Source of the DNA: an uncultured virus (IMG/VR IMGVR_UViG_3300010158_000034)
Lineage: Duplodnaviria > Heunggongvirae > Uroviricota > Caudoviricetes
DNA: 64,000 nt
Reading direction: 5' to 3' (one strand)
Virus record (IMG/VR): IMGVR_UViG_3300010158_000034
The notes beneath the pieces were generated by a model. It did no database searches. It worked only from the letters and a program-made list of their open reading frames with translations, and was not told where the DNA came from. A program made the translations under genes and the position numbers. Below, in pieces: positions 1 to 9,851 of this stretch. Numbering within the stretch: the stretch's first letter is position 1; every line of letters begins with the position of its first letter.

Positions 1-638
1 ATGAGTTTCGCAACGTAGGCATCGCTGGTGGAGACAATGCCACCATTGCACGATCGGTGGTTGATCAAGCCCGATCCGGTGATACAGTGGTGATCATGTG
101 GTCTGGATTTGATCGTTGGTCCAGGTATCGAGATACACCAAAATCAAGTCAGTCCAATAAACATGATCCACACTGGCATCACCTGGGCAGTATACGAGGA
201 GACAAAACATTTTTAGTCAATTTTTATCACTGTGTGGAACGTTTTCAAACCACAATGGATTACATGTATTTGGTTGACTGTGACAGTTATAGAAAAAAAT
301 ATACTGTGTATCATTTTTCAGCTTTTCCGTTTTTTACAGGCGAAACAGAAAAAGAGGTAGATGCCAAATTGTTGGACATATATAAAAAATATAATATTGC
401 CAACAATCATGTCGAGGGAATTTCCTTGCTGGATTATCAAGAACAAAACAATCAATACATGTTGACTCGACATCAATATCACCCAGATGGCACAGATAAT
501 CACCCAACACCATTGACTCATTGGGAATATTGTAATAAAATAATAGCACCCAAGTTGGGATTGTCTATAAACACCACACTGGATCAAGTGATGCAGGAAC
601 AAACTAATTTAGTTTTAAATGGAATTGCAAGAAAATGA
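1..638 (+). CDS. SGNH/GDSL-like hydrolase or acyltransferase, 5'-partial
   Basis: Frame is open back to the window edge (EFRNVGIAGGDNATIAR precedes the called start at 57). It has VVIMWSGFDRW and C-terminal DNHPTP, matching the SGNH-like paralogues elsewhere in the window. Confidence 0.65.
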   Translation, partial: EFRNVGIAGGDNATIARSVVDQARSGDTVVIMWSGFDRWSRYRDTPKSSQSNKHDPHWHHLGSIRGDKTFLVNFYHCVERFQTTMDYMYLVDCDSYRKKYTVYHFSAFPFFTGETEKEVDAKLLDIYKKYNIANNHVEGISLLDYQEQNNQYMLTRHQYHPDGTDNHPTPLTHWEYCNKIIAPKLGLSINTTLDQVMQEQTNLVLNGIARK

Positions 639-916
639 CTAGCAAGATAACAGAAATATTAGATATACTACAAGAAGAGTGTGCCGAGGTGATACAAAGC
701 ATCAGCAAGTGTAGACGTTTTGGTATGGACAATGTGTACCTCAAAGAATCAGGCACACAACGTGAAAACTTAGTGAAAGAAATTGGCGATGTAGTGGCCA
801 TGATTGAGCTGTTAAAACAACACGGTGTGGTAACAGAATCAGAAATAACCGTAGCAAAACAAAACAAATTTAACAAATTACGAAAGTGGAGTACAATATT
901 CGATGAGCAAGATTAA
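635..916 (+). CDS. MazG-like nucleotide pyrophosphohydrolase
   Basis: EECAEV...KEIGDV acidic helix pattern (ExxE...ExxD) in a 93-aa protein. Confidence 0.7.
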   Translation: MTSKITEILDILQEECAEVIQSISKCRRFGMDNVYLKESGTQRENLVKEIGDVVAMIELLKQHGVVTESEITVAKQNKFNKLRKWSTIFDEQD

Positions 917-1754
917 AATAGCAGAACTGTTTTATTCAATCCAGGGAGAAGGAAGATACATGGGAGTACCCAGTGTGTTCCTTCGAACATTTGGGTGTAA
1001 CTTCACTTGTAGCGGATTTGGCATGCCACGTGGCGAGTCAAGTACCGAAGCCGATGACTTGGCCGCAATACATGAGTTGTATCCTTACCCACGATATGAG
1101 GCATTACCATTGGTGTCAACTGGTTGTGACAGTTATGCGTCGTGGCATCCGGACTTTAAACAGCTCAGTCCCATGTTGACTACGGATGCCATTGTGGCTC
1201 GTATCATGGAGATCTTACCACATGGTGAGTGGAGAGACGAACATCTTGTGATCACTGGAGGGGAACCTTTGTTGGGATGGCAACGTGCCTACCCAGATTT
1301 ACTAGATCATCCCAGTTTGAAGGCTTTGAAAGAAATAACCTTTGAAACAAATGGCACTCAAAAACTAACAGAAGAATTTAAAAGTTATTTAGAAGATTGG
1401 GTTTATGAAAACTCAAAAGAAGTTACGTTTAGTGTTAGTGCTAAACTTCCAGCGTCAGGTGAAAAGTGGGAAGAAGCTATTCTTCCAGATGTTGTATGCG
1501 AATATGAAAATTATGGAACAGCGTATTTGAAATTTGTTGTGGCCACACAACAAGATGTTGCTGATGCAGAATGTGCCGTGGGTGCATATCGTAGTGCAGG
1601 CTTTACAGGTCCTGTGTACTTGATGCCAGTGGGTGGTGTGGAAAGTGTGTACTCACTGAATGCACGTAATGTAGCAGGGGCGGCTATGAAGCGTGGTTGG
1701 AGATACAGTGACAGACTTCAAGTGCCGCTTTTCAAGAACGAGTGGGGTACGTAA
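903..1754 (+). CDS. queE: QueE-like radical SAM (7-carboxy-7-deazaguanine synthase family)
   Basis: ELFYSIQGEG, FLRTFGCNFTC...GCDS, VITGGEPL, FETNGT, LKFVV and VYLMP motifs. Confidence 0.8.
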   Translation: MSKIKIAELFYSIQGEGRYMGVPSVFLRTFGCNFTCSGFGMPRGESSTEADDLAAIHELYPYPRYEALPLVSTGCDSYASWHPDFKQLSPMLTTDAIVARIMEILPHGEWRDEHLVITGGEPLLGWQRAYPDLLDHPSLKALKEITFETNGTQKLTEEFKSYLEDWVYENSKEVTFSVSAKLPASGEKWEEAILPDVVCEYENYGTAYLKFVVATQQDVADAECAVGAYRSAGFTGPVYLMPVGGVESVYSLNARNVAGAAMKRGWRYSDRLQVPLFKNEWGT

Positions 1755-2032
1755 TGCCCATGCCAGGAATACTAGGACCCGGCAGGAGATCAATGACTGA
1801 AGACTGGGTAGCTGAATGGTACCGCGAACACATTGAATGGCGGTTGCTGTTTTTATGGTGGCCTCAGCGTTGTGACATAAGTGGACGGCTGATGTGGTTG
1901 GAAACAGCATACCGCGGTGCTTATAATAATCACAGTGATTCAACTTCTGCTGTTGCGATTCCGAGACCACCAGTACACGTTGTTAGATATCACAGCACAG
2001 TAGAACACTTAATATGGTTATTGAAAGGATAA
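1754..2032 (+). CDS. hypothetical protein
   Basis: ATG overlaps the queE stop (TAATG); Trp-rich ORF. Confidence 0.55.
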   Translation: MPMPGILGPGRRSMTEDWVAEWYREHIEWRLLFLWWPQRCDISGRLMWLETAYRGAYNNHSDSTSAVAIPRPPVHVVRYHSTVEHLIWLLKG

Positions 2033-2035
2033 TAA

Positions 2036-2509
2036 ATGGGAATATTTGATCGATTTAAAAAAGCAAATCCAGAGACCGCACCCGAGCCGGCATCTCCACC
2101 AGCACCCAAGCCCAAGCGACAAAAAGCCGCAACAAAAAAAACTGCAGATGCTGATGATGCATTGGACACGTGGGCACGATTGGGTGACATGTCGCCCAAA
2201 GACACAGCTACACTCAAAGGTGAGCCTTGGGTCAGTGTGGTCAAAGTGGACTTGGATCCAGACAACATTGGCAACGGTGCATTTGAACTGGATTGGAATG
2301 AAAAATTCATTGTCAACTTGGTGCGTCAAGGTTATCAAAGCAAGCCGGGCGAAGATGAAAGTGCTATTGTGGATCGTTGGTTTCAGGATGTGTGTCGCAA
2401 TGTGGTGCAGGAAAACTACGAACAGTGGGAAGCCAATCAACCTTATGAAGCTAGACCAAGAGTGCTGGATCGTCGAGATCTAGGCGACGGCAAAACCGAG
2501 ATCAGTTAA
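2036..2509 (+). CDS. hypothetical phage protein (Pro/Lys-rich N-terminus, acidic C-terminal domain)
   Basis: AAGGA RBS upstream; FELDWN...IVDRWF core. Confidence 0.7.
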   Translation: MGIFDRFKKANPETAPEPASPPAPKPKRQKAATKKTADADDALDTWARLGDMSPKDTATLKGEPWVSVVKVDLDPDNIGNGAFELDWNEKFIVNLVRQGYQSKPGEDESAIVDRWFQDVCRNVVQENYEQWEANQPYEARPRVLDRRDLGDGKTEIS

Positions 2510-3208
2510 TTGATTCTTTACGTCAACGGCGACAGTCATAGTGCTGGAGCGGAAGCAGTGAACGGTTATTGTTTTGCCAATGACGACCCACTATACTGGG
2601 CCTTGGCTCGTAGGCCTCATCCTGACAATGAACGGGCAAGTTACGGTTGTCACATAGCCAATCAGTTGGGTGCCGTGTTGCACTGTGATGCCGAAAGTGC
2701 TGCCAGCAACAGTAGAATAATAAGAACCACTGGGCAATATCTAAAAAATAATCCCAGACCCGATTTAGTCATCATTGGCTGGAGCACATGGGAACGTGAA
2801 GAGTGGTTTTATGATGATGTATGGTGGCAAATAAATGCTGGCGGGGCGGGTGAAGATTGGCCCCAGCAGATAAAAGAACAGTATCGGAAATGGGTGACAG
2901 AATTCCAATGGCAACCCACCATGAATCGTTCGCATCAGTACATTTACAATTTTCATCAAGAGTTGGAAAGATTGGGCATAAATCATTTTTTCTTCACTAG
3001 TTATGAACCCTGGACCGGTGTTGAGCAGTTTGATTGGAATGGTCGCTACCTGGAACCTTACAATCCCGACTTCACGTATTACAACTGGTGTAAAAACCAT
3101 GGGTTTGCTACAGTGGCTCCTGACAGTTACCATTTTGGTGCAGCAGCACACCAAGCCTGGGCGGAATTCTTATACAAGCAAATGGTGTTGAAATTTTTAA
3201 CGAGATAA
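2510..3208 (+). CDS. SGNH-like hydrolase/acyltransferase
   Basis: NGDSHS (block I Ser), ASNSRI, IIGWS..ER, DSYHFG...H. Confidence 0.7.
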   Translation: MILYVNGDSHSAGAEAVNGYCFANDDPLYWALARRPHPDNERASYGCHIANQLGAVLHCDAESAASNSRIIRTTGQYLKNNPRPDLVIIGWSTWEREEWFYDDVWWQINAGGAGEDWPQQIKEQYRKWVTEFQWQPTMNRSHQYIYNFHQELERLGINHFFFTSYEPWTGVEQFDWNGRYLEPYNPDFTYYNWCKNHGFATVAPDSYHFGAAAHQAWAEFLYKQMVLKFLTR

Positions 3209-3209
3209 T

Positions 3210-3908
3210 ATGAATCATTGGCTAACACAACAGATACCGTGGAATTCAAATGTAAAAAATGTCACACAGAATTGGTATGGTAGTGACACTGAAACAGCGT
3301 TGTCACAAAACGCTGATCGGGAAAAGTGGAGCGGAGTTGAGATAGCGTATCAATTCAATGCACAGGGATTTAGAACATATGATTTAGAGGAGATGTACAA
3401 CAAAAAAGTAGACATCGCCCTGGGGTGCAGTTTCACTCAAGGAGTGGGCATGCCAGAGGACAGTACATGGCCCTCACTGATCGAAAAGAACCGTCCGTAC
3501 CCTATGTTAAACTTGGGTTACAGCGGCGGCAGTACCGACACAGTGGCAAGAATATTAACCAATGTATGTGGACTATATCAGATACAAACTATTTACATAC
3601 TTTGGCCAGACATGGCCAGATTTGAACTGTACGGTAACGAAATACAGAACATTATGCCAATGAATCCAAAAATAGAATATGTATGGAATATGGAAGACTC
3701 TGTTGCTGTTCAAAGATTTTACCAAAATCAATCAAGAGTTGCATTGTTGAGCAAAATTTATAAATTCAAAGTAAAGGAATTCAGTATTGCCGAATTCAAC
3801 CGCAGATATAGCCAACAGAACCTGTTGTGCGATGTTGCTCGAGACGGATTGCACTATGGATTCAAATCCAACGAGGAAATAGCAGAAATCTTGTTGACTG
3901 CTAAATAG
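3210..3908 (+). CDS. SGNH-like hydrolase/acyltransferase
   Basis: LGCSFTQG, NLGYSGGS, RDGLHYG. Confidence 0.7.
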   Translation: MNHWLTQQIPWNSNVKNVTQNWYGSDTETALSQNADREKWSGVEIAYQFNAQGFRTYDLEEMYNKKVDIALGCSFTQGVGMPEDSTWPSLIEKNRPYPMLNLGYSGGSTDTVARILTNVCGLYQIQTIYILWPDMARFELYGNEIQNIMPMNPKIEYVWNMEDSVAVQRFYQNQSRVALLSKIYKFKVKEFSIAEFNRRYSQQNLLCDVARDGLHYGFKSNEEIAEILLTAK

Positions 3909-3922
3909 TTATATGCTATTAT
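3894..3922 (+). promoter_or_regulatory. sigma70-type promoter, probably giving a leaderless mRNA
   Basis: TTGACT (3894-3899), 17-nt spacer, TATTAT (3917-3922) with TG extension; ATG at 3929 with no RBS. Confidence 0.55.
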
Positions 3923-3928
3923 TACTGT

Positions 3929-4921
3929 ATGACAAAATATCTAATAGTTGACACTGCAAACACATTCTTTCGTGCAAGACACTCGGCCCATAGACAAACA
4001 GATACATGGGATAAATTGGGCTTTGCCATACATGTTACCTTGGGCAGTGTAAACAAGGCTTTTCGAGATCAACGGGCCGATCATGTGGTGTTCTGCTTGG
4101 AAGGTAGAAGTTGGCGTAAGGACTTTTACGAGCCATACAAAAAGAATCGTGCGGTGGCCCGTGCGGCCTTGACCGAGGCTGAGGCAGAAGAAGATCGATT
4201 ATTTTGGGAAAGTTTTGATGAACTTAAAACTTTTTTAACAGAAAAGACCAATTGCACAGTGCTACAACACGCTGAGTTAGAAGCAGATGATTTAATTGCC
4301 GGATGGATACAGACACATCCTGAAGACGAGCATGTCATAGTCAGCAGTGACACAGACTTTTATCAACTACTAAGTGAAAACGTAAAACAATACAACGGGA
4401 TAGCAGATGAGCTCCACACTATTACGGGCATTTTTGACAAAAAAGGTGCCCCAGTCAAAGATAAAAAGACTAAGGAAAACCGATCCATCCCTGATCCAAG
4501 TTGGATCTTATTTGAAAAAGCTATGCGAGGCGACCCCACAGACAACGTATTCAGTGCGTACCCTGGAGTCAGGACGACTGGCAGTAAGAATAAAGTTGGA
4601 CTTAAAGAAGCCTACGAAGACCGGGATAAAAAAGGCTTTGCGTGGAATAATTTAATGCTGAGTCGCTGGACTGACCACAACGGTGTAGAACACAGAGTGC
4701 TGGACGATTATCAACGCAATGTTACACTGGTGGATTTATCTGCACAGCCCGACGATGTCAAAGCAAAAATAACAGAAACCGTTGTTGCCGGATCAGTGCC
4801 CAAGGCAGTGAGTCAGATTGGCACACTGTTTTTAAAGTTTTGTGGAAAATATGATTTAAAGCGTATCAGCGATCAAGCCGCCAGTTACGTGGAATTTTTG
4901 TCAAGAAGTTATCCCAAATGA
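3929..4921 (+). CDS. rnh: 5'-3' exonuclease / T4 RNase H-like flap endonuclease
   Basis: LIVDTAN, SWRKDFYEPYKKNR, LEADDLIA, VSSDTDFYQL and GDPTDNV motifs. Confidence 0.88.
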   Translation: MTKYLIVDTANTFFRARHSAHRQTDTWDKLGFAIHVTLGSVNKAFRDQRADHVVFCLEGRSWRKDFYEPYKKNRAVARAALTEAEAEEDRLFWESFDELKTFLTEKTNCTVLQHAELEADDLIAGWIQTHPEDEHVIVSSDTDFYQLLSENVKQYNGIADELHTITGIFDKKGAPVKDKKTKENRSIPDPSWILFEKAMRGDPTDNVFSAYPGVRTTGSKNKVGLKEAYEDRDKKGFAWNNLMLSRWTDHNGVEHRVLDDYQRNVTLVDLSAQPDDVKAKITETVVAGSVPKAVSQIGTLFLKFCGKYDLKRISDQAASYVEFLSRSYPK

Positions 4922-5211
4922 TTAGAAAAGTTTGGTCGGCAATGATGAAGTGGGGCTGGGATTACAACCGCGGCCGCGGCTACGAGAGCGAAGATATATA
5001 CAATACAAAAGCGGGCAGAAATCATGCTCACGTTGAAGTTGAAGGTTTGTCATTTAAGGTTATGCCAGCACAGGGCGGAACTGTTGTGCAGATTCACACT
5101 TACAATCGTAAAACAGATCAAGATAACTTGGTCACACATGTTATTCCCGAGGGCGAAGACATCACCACTGCCATTGGACACATTGTCAGCATGGAGTTGT
5201 TGAAGTCATGA
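4918..5211 (+). CDS. hypothetical protein
   Basis: ATGA-coupled to the exonuclease gene. Confidence 0.6.
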   Translation: MIRKVWSAMMKWGWDYNRGRGYESEDIYNTKAGRNHAHVEVEGLSFKVMPAQGGTVVQIHTYNRKTDQDNLVTHVIPEGEDITTAIGHIVSMELLKS

Positions 5212-5254
5212 CTGGGCAAAAAAATAATCACCATGAGCTGTTTGAAAGAATAAC

Positions 5255-5623
5255 GTGAATACTACCCTTGCACTGGTTCTAGTATTGTTCGTCAAGCATT
5301 TTGTTGTGGACTTTTTACTACAGAGGCCTTATCAATATCTAAACAAAGGTGTCTATGGGCACCCGGGTGGTGTACTACATGCTGGCCTACATGGCACAGC
5401 TACAATGCTATGCCTAGCATTGTTTGGATATGATGAAATGACTGCTTCTCTTATGGGTTTATTAGATGCAGTGGCACACTATCACATTGACTGGGCCAAG
5501 GTCAACATCAATCGGCACTACGGTTGGACTGCTACTACCCATGAAGAATTTTGGTGGTTGTTGGGTCTAGACCAATTGTTACACACAGCGACTTACATAC
5601 TAATAATAGGATCACTAACATGA
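5255..5623 (+). CDS. DUF3307-like membrane protein
   Basis: KHFVVDFLLQ, H..LH, HYHIDWAK and LDQLLH motifs within hydrophobic helices. Confidence 0.75.
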   Translation: MNTTLALVLVLFVKHFVVDFLLQRPYQYLNKGVYGHPGGVLHAGLHGTATMLCLALFGYDEMTASLMGLLDAVAHYHIDWAKVNINRHYGWTATTHEEFWWLLGLDQLLHTATYILIIGSLT

Positions 5624-6096
5624 CAGAAACCATAGCAAAACAAATAGTAAAAAATAAATTTTGGATCGTAGAAGCATCGGGAGAAAAGATTGCCACCATA
5701 CAGGCCATTGACGAAGGAGGAGTTGCCTATGTTCGCAATGACCAGCGTGAAGTATTCCCGTCGATCAAACTGTTGAGCAAGAAATACAACATTGAATTTG
5801 TTAAACCGGAAAAACCACGTGCTGTAGAAGGTAAAGCCTACGAAATTTATGGTTATCCCACTCCACACCGTCCTTACAATGTGTTGTTTGATGTACAACG
5901 GCAGTTGCCAATTTTCACCAAAACTGCCAAAAGCAAAAGTTTTTTCTGTGCTGGCTACTACATTGTAAAGTTTGATTCACATTGGGCACGTGGCTATTGT
6001 CCCAAGGCCATTACCTTAAATCGCTATGAATATCAAGGGCCATTTCACACACAGGAAACAGCCAACCAACACCTAAGGACAGCAAATGGATCATAA
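5620..6096 (+). CDS. hypothetical phage protein
   Basis: Likely start is the ATG at 5620 (ATGA overlap, AGGA upstream). Confidence 0.65.
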   Translation: MTETIAKQIVKNKFWIVEASGEKIATIQAIDEGGVAYVRNDQREVFPSIKLLSKKYNIEFVKPEKPRAVEGKAYEIYGYPTPHRPYNVLFDVQRQLPIFTKTAKSKSFFCAGYYIVKFDSHWARGYCPKAITLNRYEYQGPFHTQETANQHLRTANGS

Positions 6097-6301
6097 ACTA
6101 AGCATACATGTACGAAACTTCAATGACAGAATTCGTGTAATGAATCAAACGCAAAGTGCCACCGTGGTCATGACTGCTCAGGATGCACGTAACCTGCATG
6201 CGGACATATTTGCACTGCTGTCACACATCGCTGAACTCAGTGAGCAACCCGATGTAACCACCGGTGCTGTGGAAATTACCATGGACGGCGGCGGATTTTA
6301 A
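6086..6301 (+). CDS. hypothetical protein
   Basis: AAGGA RBS; overlaps the upstream gene. Confidence 0.6.
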   Translation: MDHKLSIHVRNFNDRIRVMNQTQSATVVMTAQDARNLHADIFALLSHIAELSEQPDVTTGAVEITMDGGGF

Positions 6302-6325
6302 TATAATATACGCACTTATAGGAGA

Positions 6326-6337
6326 TAAATAACTGTA
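6326..6337 (+). promoter_or_regulatory. putative late promoter (TAAATA core)
   Basis: TAAATAACTGTA; an identical 12-mer lies at 16404-16415. Resembles the T4 late TATAAATA. Confidence 0.45.
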
Positions 6338-6361
6338 TCAAAAGTATGGGAGATATCGATA

Positions 6362-6652
6362 ATGAGTAGGCCAAAACCAACAGTTCTGCTGGAACATGTA
6401 AACAAGTCAAACTACAAAAGTGACCAAATTTTGGCCAGCGAAGGAATCTGGGCGATATTTTACAACAACCAGCCTATCAATTTAAAAACATTCAACGTGC
6501 TGATAAATTACCCTGGACCAAAATACAAGAAGGTTTCATTCTCTAATTCAGGTCATGCCATCAACTTGGCCAAAAAACTCAACATTCTTTTTAAAACCAC
6601 TGCCTTTACTGTTGTGCTATTAAAGCAAGGTGACACAGTCTACCGACCTTAA
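6362..6652 (+). CDS. hypothetical basic phage protein
   Basis: GGAG RBS; MSRPKP...YPGPKYKKVSF. Confidence 0.7.
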   Translation: MSRPKPTVLLEHVNKSNYKSDQILASEGIWAIFYNNQPINLKTFNVLINYPGPKYKKVSFSNSGHAINLAKKLNILFKTTAFTVVLLKQGDTVYRP

Positions 6653-7004
6653 TTCACAAGCCACATGGACTCAATTTTTAATTGATCACGTGGAGCCCGG
6701 TTCTGCCTGGCCCGGTGTTGAACATCAATGGTGGAAGAACCCACTAAACCCACACAGTCTTAGATTAACCACTGTGGGCTATCGTTGGATTAAACGGCAC
6801 ACTGATATTGCGTTTCACCCTGTTGCTGTGGCATCCGATATTCATTATCGGCAACTGTTGCAGTTGGAAAGAATCTTTCAGGCACCCTATTACCTTACCA
6901 CAACCAAACAACTGTATGTCCACAGTGAAACAGATGCTGTGATGCTACAGTTACACGGTGGCGATCTTGCTACATATCTAAACAATCTCCAATCAAATCT
7001 GTAG
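6630..7004 (+). CDS. hypothetical protein
   Basis: 124-aa ORF overlapping the upstream gene. Confidence 0.6.
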   Translation: MTQSTDLNSQATWTQFLIDHVEPGSAWPGVEHQWWKNPLNPHSLRLTTVGYRWIKRHTDIAFHPVAVASDIHYRQLLQLERIFQAPYYLTTTKQLYVHSETDAVMLQLHGGDLATYLNNLQSNL

Positions 7005-7081
7005 CCGTTGTGTAAAAACAACACACGATAATCCAATACATCGTACAATGACTACTTGTCTAACCACTTGTAGAGGTCTTT

Positions 7082-7633
7082 GTGAATCGTTCCATACTGT
7101 TTTTATCTGGCATTGCTGTGTTGTTGTTGATCAAACTGTCATTTACCATTGGTGATATATCAACCCAAACCCAACAAATTGAACAACGCCTGAATAGATT
7201 GGAAGGTATTGTTGACACGGGTCATCGTGTCGACTACACTGCTCGAGACGTGGATTGCTTGGCTCGAAACATCTATTACGAAGCCGGTAACCAAGAAGAT
7301 GTAGGTAGATATGCTGTGGGTCATGTCACTGTGAATCGTGTACGTTCGGGATACTGGGGTACAACTGTGTGTGGTGTGGTGCATGCACCCAGCCAATTTT
7401 CATGGACACTATTAAAACGATTGCCACAGCCCGACCCAGGTATATACCATCGTTGTGAAGAGATTGCCCAAGCAGTGTTGGCGGGCGAAGGTGTCGCTGG
7501 CTTGGAACGCAGTTTATTTTATCATGCCGATTATATTCGAAATCCTGCCTGGGCCGATGTTACTCAACGTGCAAAGAAAATTGGTGTACATATTTTCTAC
7601 AATCGGGCAAAAGGCAGTACACTAGAAATTTAG
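7082..7633 (+). CDS. SleB/CwlJ-like cell wall hydrolase (Hydrolase_2) with N-terminal membrane anchor
   Basis: CLARNIYYEA (catalytic Glu), V..VTVNRV, TVCGVV...QFSW, FYHADY..P.W and IGVHIFY. Confidence 0.85.
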   Translation: MNRSILFLSGIAVLLLIKLSFTIGDISTQTQQIEQRLNRLEGIVDTGHRVDYTARDVDCLARNIYYEAGNQEDVGRYAVGHVTVNRVRSGYWGTTVCGVVHAPSQFSWTLLKRLPQPDPGIYHRCEEIAQAVLAGEGVAGLERSLFYHADYIRNPAWADVTQRAKKIGVHIFYNRAKGSTLEI

Positions 7634-7636
7634 AGG

Positions 7637-7665
7637 TTGACAGTAGATTTGAAGTTGTGTATAGT
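7637..7665 (+). promoter_or_regulatory. sigma70-type promoter for the 7745-10904 operon
   Basis: TTGACA (7637-7642), 17-nt spacer, TATAGT (7660-7665). Confidence 0.65.
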
Positions 7666-7744
7666 TGTAAATAGTTAAAGTAAATCGTTTACTAAACTAA
7701 TCCCGCATTGTGTCGGGTAACGAAGCTTAATAAAGGAGAAATAA

Positions 7745-8803
7745 ATGGCCGCAAAACGCCTAGTCCGTAAATTTACGGAGGTAGTAGCAGAAGTAGAATC
7801 ACAGCTCAAAGCACATTACGAAGTTTCCGAAAAAGACCTTGAGGCTTGGCGAGCTCGTGCAAAAGCATTAGTACATACATTTCCACACAGCACCATGATT
7901 GACATTGAAGATCTTTGGATCGACTATGAGGTCCAACGTGACGTACTACACAAACACGTGATCAATATCATGAAAAAATGGGATCCTAGAATATGCAGTC
8001 CTGGGTCGGCTTGTTGTATTAAAGGCGGTACTATCTATTTGTATGATGCTCAGCACCGGGCACTGGCCGCGGCAATCCTTGACTACACAAAAATTCCCTG
8101 TGCTGTAGTGGAAACAGACGATCCAAACTTTGCCTCGTATGCTTTCGAAATGCTAAACGACACAGGTGTAAAACGTCTCAACCCAGGCGACTTACATCGT
8201 AACGCATTGGTACGCTACAAAAACGGTAGTCGTGATATCAAAAATGTTCGTGCTCGTACCATGCAGGATCAATTTGATCAACTGGGAATAGACCTTCAAG
8301 ACAAGAATTCACGCAACAGCGATACCTTGCGTGGAGACAACGATCACTTCTTTAGTCATTTTAAATATGCACAAAAAGGTATTGAATTAGATGAATCCGG
8401 AACAATTTTGAATCGTGTACTGGACGCTATCAAAACAGTATTTCTAATGCAGGAAGAAATTGACCAGGGTTGTTATATCGGGCTAGTAGAACTGCAAAGA
8501 TTGATTGGTACCAACCCTACTCAATTTGATCTTCCGGACAATTGGATGCTTCAGGTATTGTCCACAGCCAAACGATCATTTAAAAGTTCATCATTGGTGC
8601 ACAAAAAGGCCAAAACACAATGGGAACACAGTCATCCAGGTGCCGGTTGGAATGCTCCGTTGGCGATGAGTAATTTTTTACGTGAACTGCATTTACGCAA
8701 CGGCGGAACGCTAAATTTACCATTTCACGGTAATGCAAGTAAAACTGGTATAGAGGATGGCAATATTGCTCCAGGTCTATTTCCACAGGAGGTAGCACAA
8801 TGA
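7745..8803 (+). CDS. ParB/Srx-superfamily protein (DGQHR-like motif DAQHR)
   Basis: LWIDYEVQRD...YLYDAQHRALAA...IPCAVV; strong AAGGAG RBS. Confidence 0.65.
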   Translation: MAAKRLVRKFTEVVAEVESQLKAHYEVSEKDLEAWRARAKALVHTFPHSTMIDIEDLWIDYEVQRDVLHKHVINIMKKWDPRICSPGSACCIKGGTIYLYDAQHRALAAAILDYTKIPCAVVETDDPNFASYAFEMLNDTGVKRLNPGDLHRNALVRYKNGSRDIKNVRARTMQDQFDQLGIDLQDKNSRNSDTLRGDNDHFFSHFKYAQKGIELDESGTILNRVLDAIKTVFLMQEEIDQGCYIGLVELQRLIGTNPTQFDLPDNWMLQVLSTAKRSFKSSSLVHKKAKTQWEHSHPGAGWNAPLAMSNFLRELHLRNGGTLNLPFHGNASKTGIEDGNIAPGLFPQEVAQ

Positions 8804-9300
8804 GCCATTTTTTATATGCACACAAAGATTTAACCGGCCAAGCAGATGTATGGAAAGTAGGAAAGGCGTTGACTCCTTGGTCGGCTGTTCGATTGAGACA
8901 AAGAAATTGTTGGAACACTGTTGGACTTGATTATTTGTTTTTTGGCCGAGCCAGCCACATTGAAAAATTAGAATCAAGAGTTAAAAAGAATTTTGATTAT
9001 TGTTCAGGAACAAGTCTAGTTGGCGACTGTCGTACAGAATTATTTCAAGTTAAGGAAAAAATGCTTTTTGACTACATAAGAAATCAGATTAAACAAGATG
9101 AATTACATATCAAAGAAATAGTTCTTGAAAAACCGTACATAGCAACTTCTTTTGGATCATGCCCGTTTAAGGTGCCTAGCGAAGACCATGCTCGAGCATG
9201 GTGCAATAAAATTGTAAAAAATAATTGGGGTGACGAGCCAGAACAAATTCTGATCAGACGCCTGTTCGGAGAAGATTTATGGGGATTGGCCAATGCTTAA
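8800..9300 (+). CDS. GIY-YIG/T5orf172-like putative nuclease
   Basis: FLYAH...WKVGKA...R.RQ...LE..V...TELF pattern; ATGA-coupled. Confidence 0.45.
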   Translation: MSHFLYAHKDLTGQADVWKVGKALTPWSAVRLRQRNCWNTVGLDYLFFGRASHIEKLESRVKKNFDYCSGTSLVGDCRTELFQVKEKMLFDYIRNQIKQDELHIKEIVLEKPYIATSFGSCPFKVPSEDHARAWCNKIVKNNWGDEPEQILIRRLFGEDLWGLANA

Positions 9301-9850
9301 GGAGTCATTAGAAAAGTTCATAGTACCCAATTATGGCAAAACCAAACGTACCCCTGAAACTTATCAAACAGTGGCCCGTCGTTGTACTAGAAATCTTGGC
9401 CGCTTGCTTGATGAATACCATGCTGTGAAAAACGATCAACAAGAATTACGAGAAATTCGCAATGAAATTGATGACAATTTACGCAGATATCATGGATATT
9501 GCATCGAACAACGAGATGGTATGCAAGCACACTATCATGAAATTGGAGCCGACAAAAAATGCGATTTTGAGCATTTGATTCCGGAGAAAATCATTCGTGA
9601 TTTATTATTATCCAAGACCATCACAATCAAGCAAGCACTTAATTCGCCCACGGTTAAATTGAGTCGTGCTAAACACAAGGAACTAAAGGAAACCGGGTGG
9701 GCCAGTCGTACTCCAAATATTTGGTTGCCATTTGTACGGTATTCAAATGTTTTTTCGGCCACCTACCAGACGCACGACGGAACGGCTATTGATCCATTGG
9801 CTTGGACCCTGGAAGACCATTACAATTATTTTAAACATTTGATTATATAA
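9293..9850 (+). CDS. hypothetical protein with HNH-like EHLIP motif
   Basis: CDFEHLIP followed by a downstream His; overlaps the upstream gene. Confidence 0.45.
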   Translation: MLKESLEKFIVPNYGKTKRTPETYQTVARRCTRNLGRLLDEYHAVKNDQQELREIRNEIDDNLRRYHGYCIEQRDGMQAHYHEIGADKKCDFEHLIPEKIIRDLLLSKTITIKQALNSPTVKLSRAKHKELKETGWASRTPNIWLPFVRYSNVFSATYQTHDGTAIDPLAWTLEDHYNYFKHLII

Positions 9851-9851
9851 T

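Noticed and set aside
7666..7744. Hairpins in the leader of the ParB-like gene as a riboswitch, tRNA or ncRNA
   Set aside because: Only two short stems are present, with no recognisable family; no tRNA cloverleaf was seen here or in other gaps.
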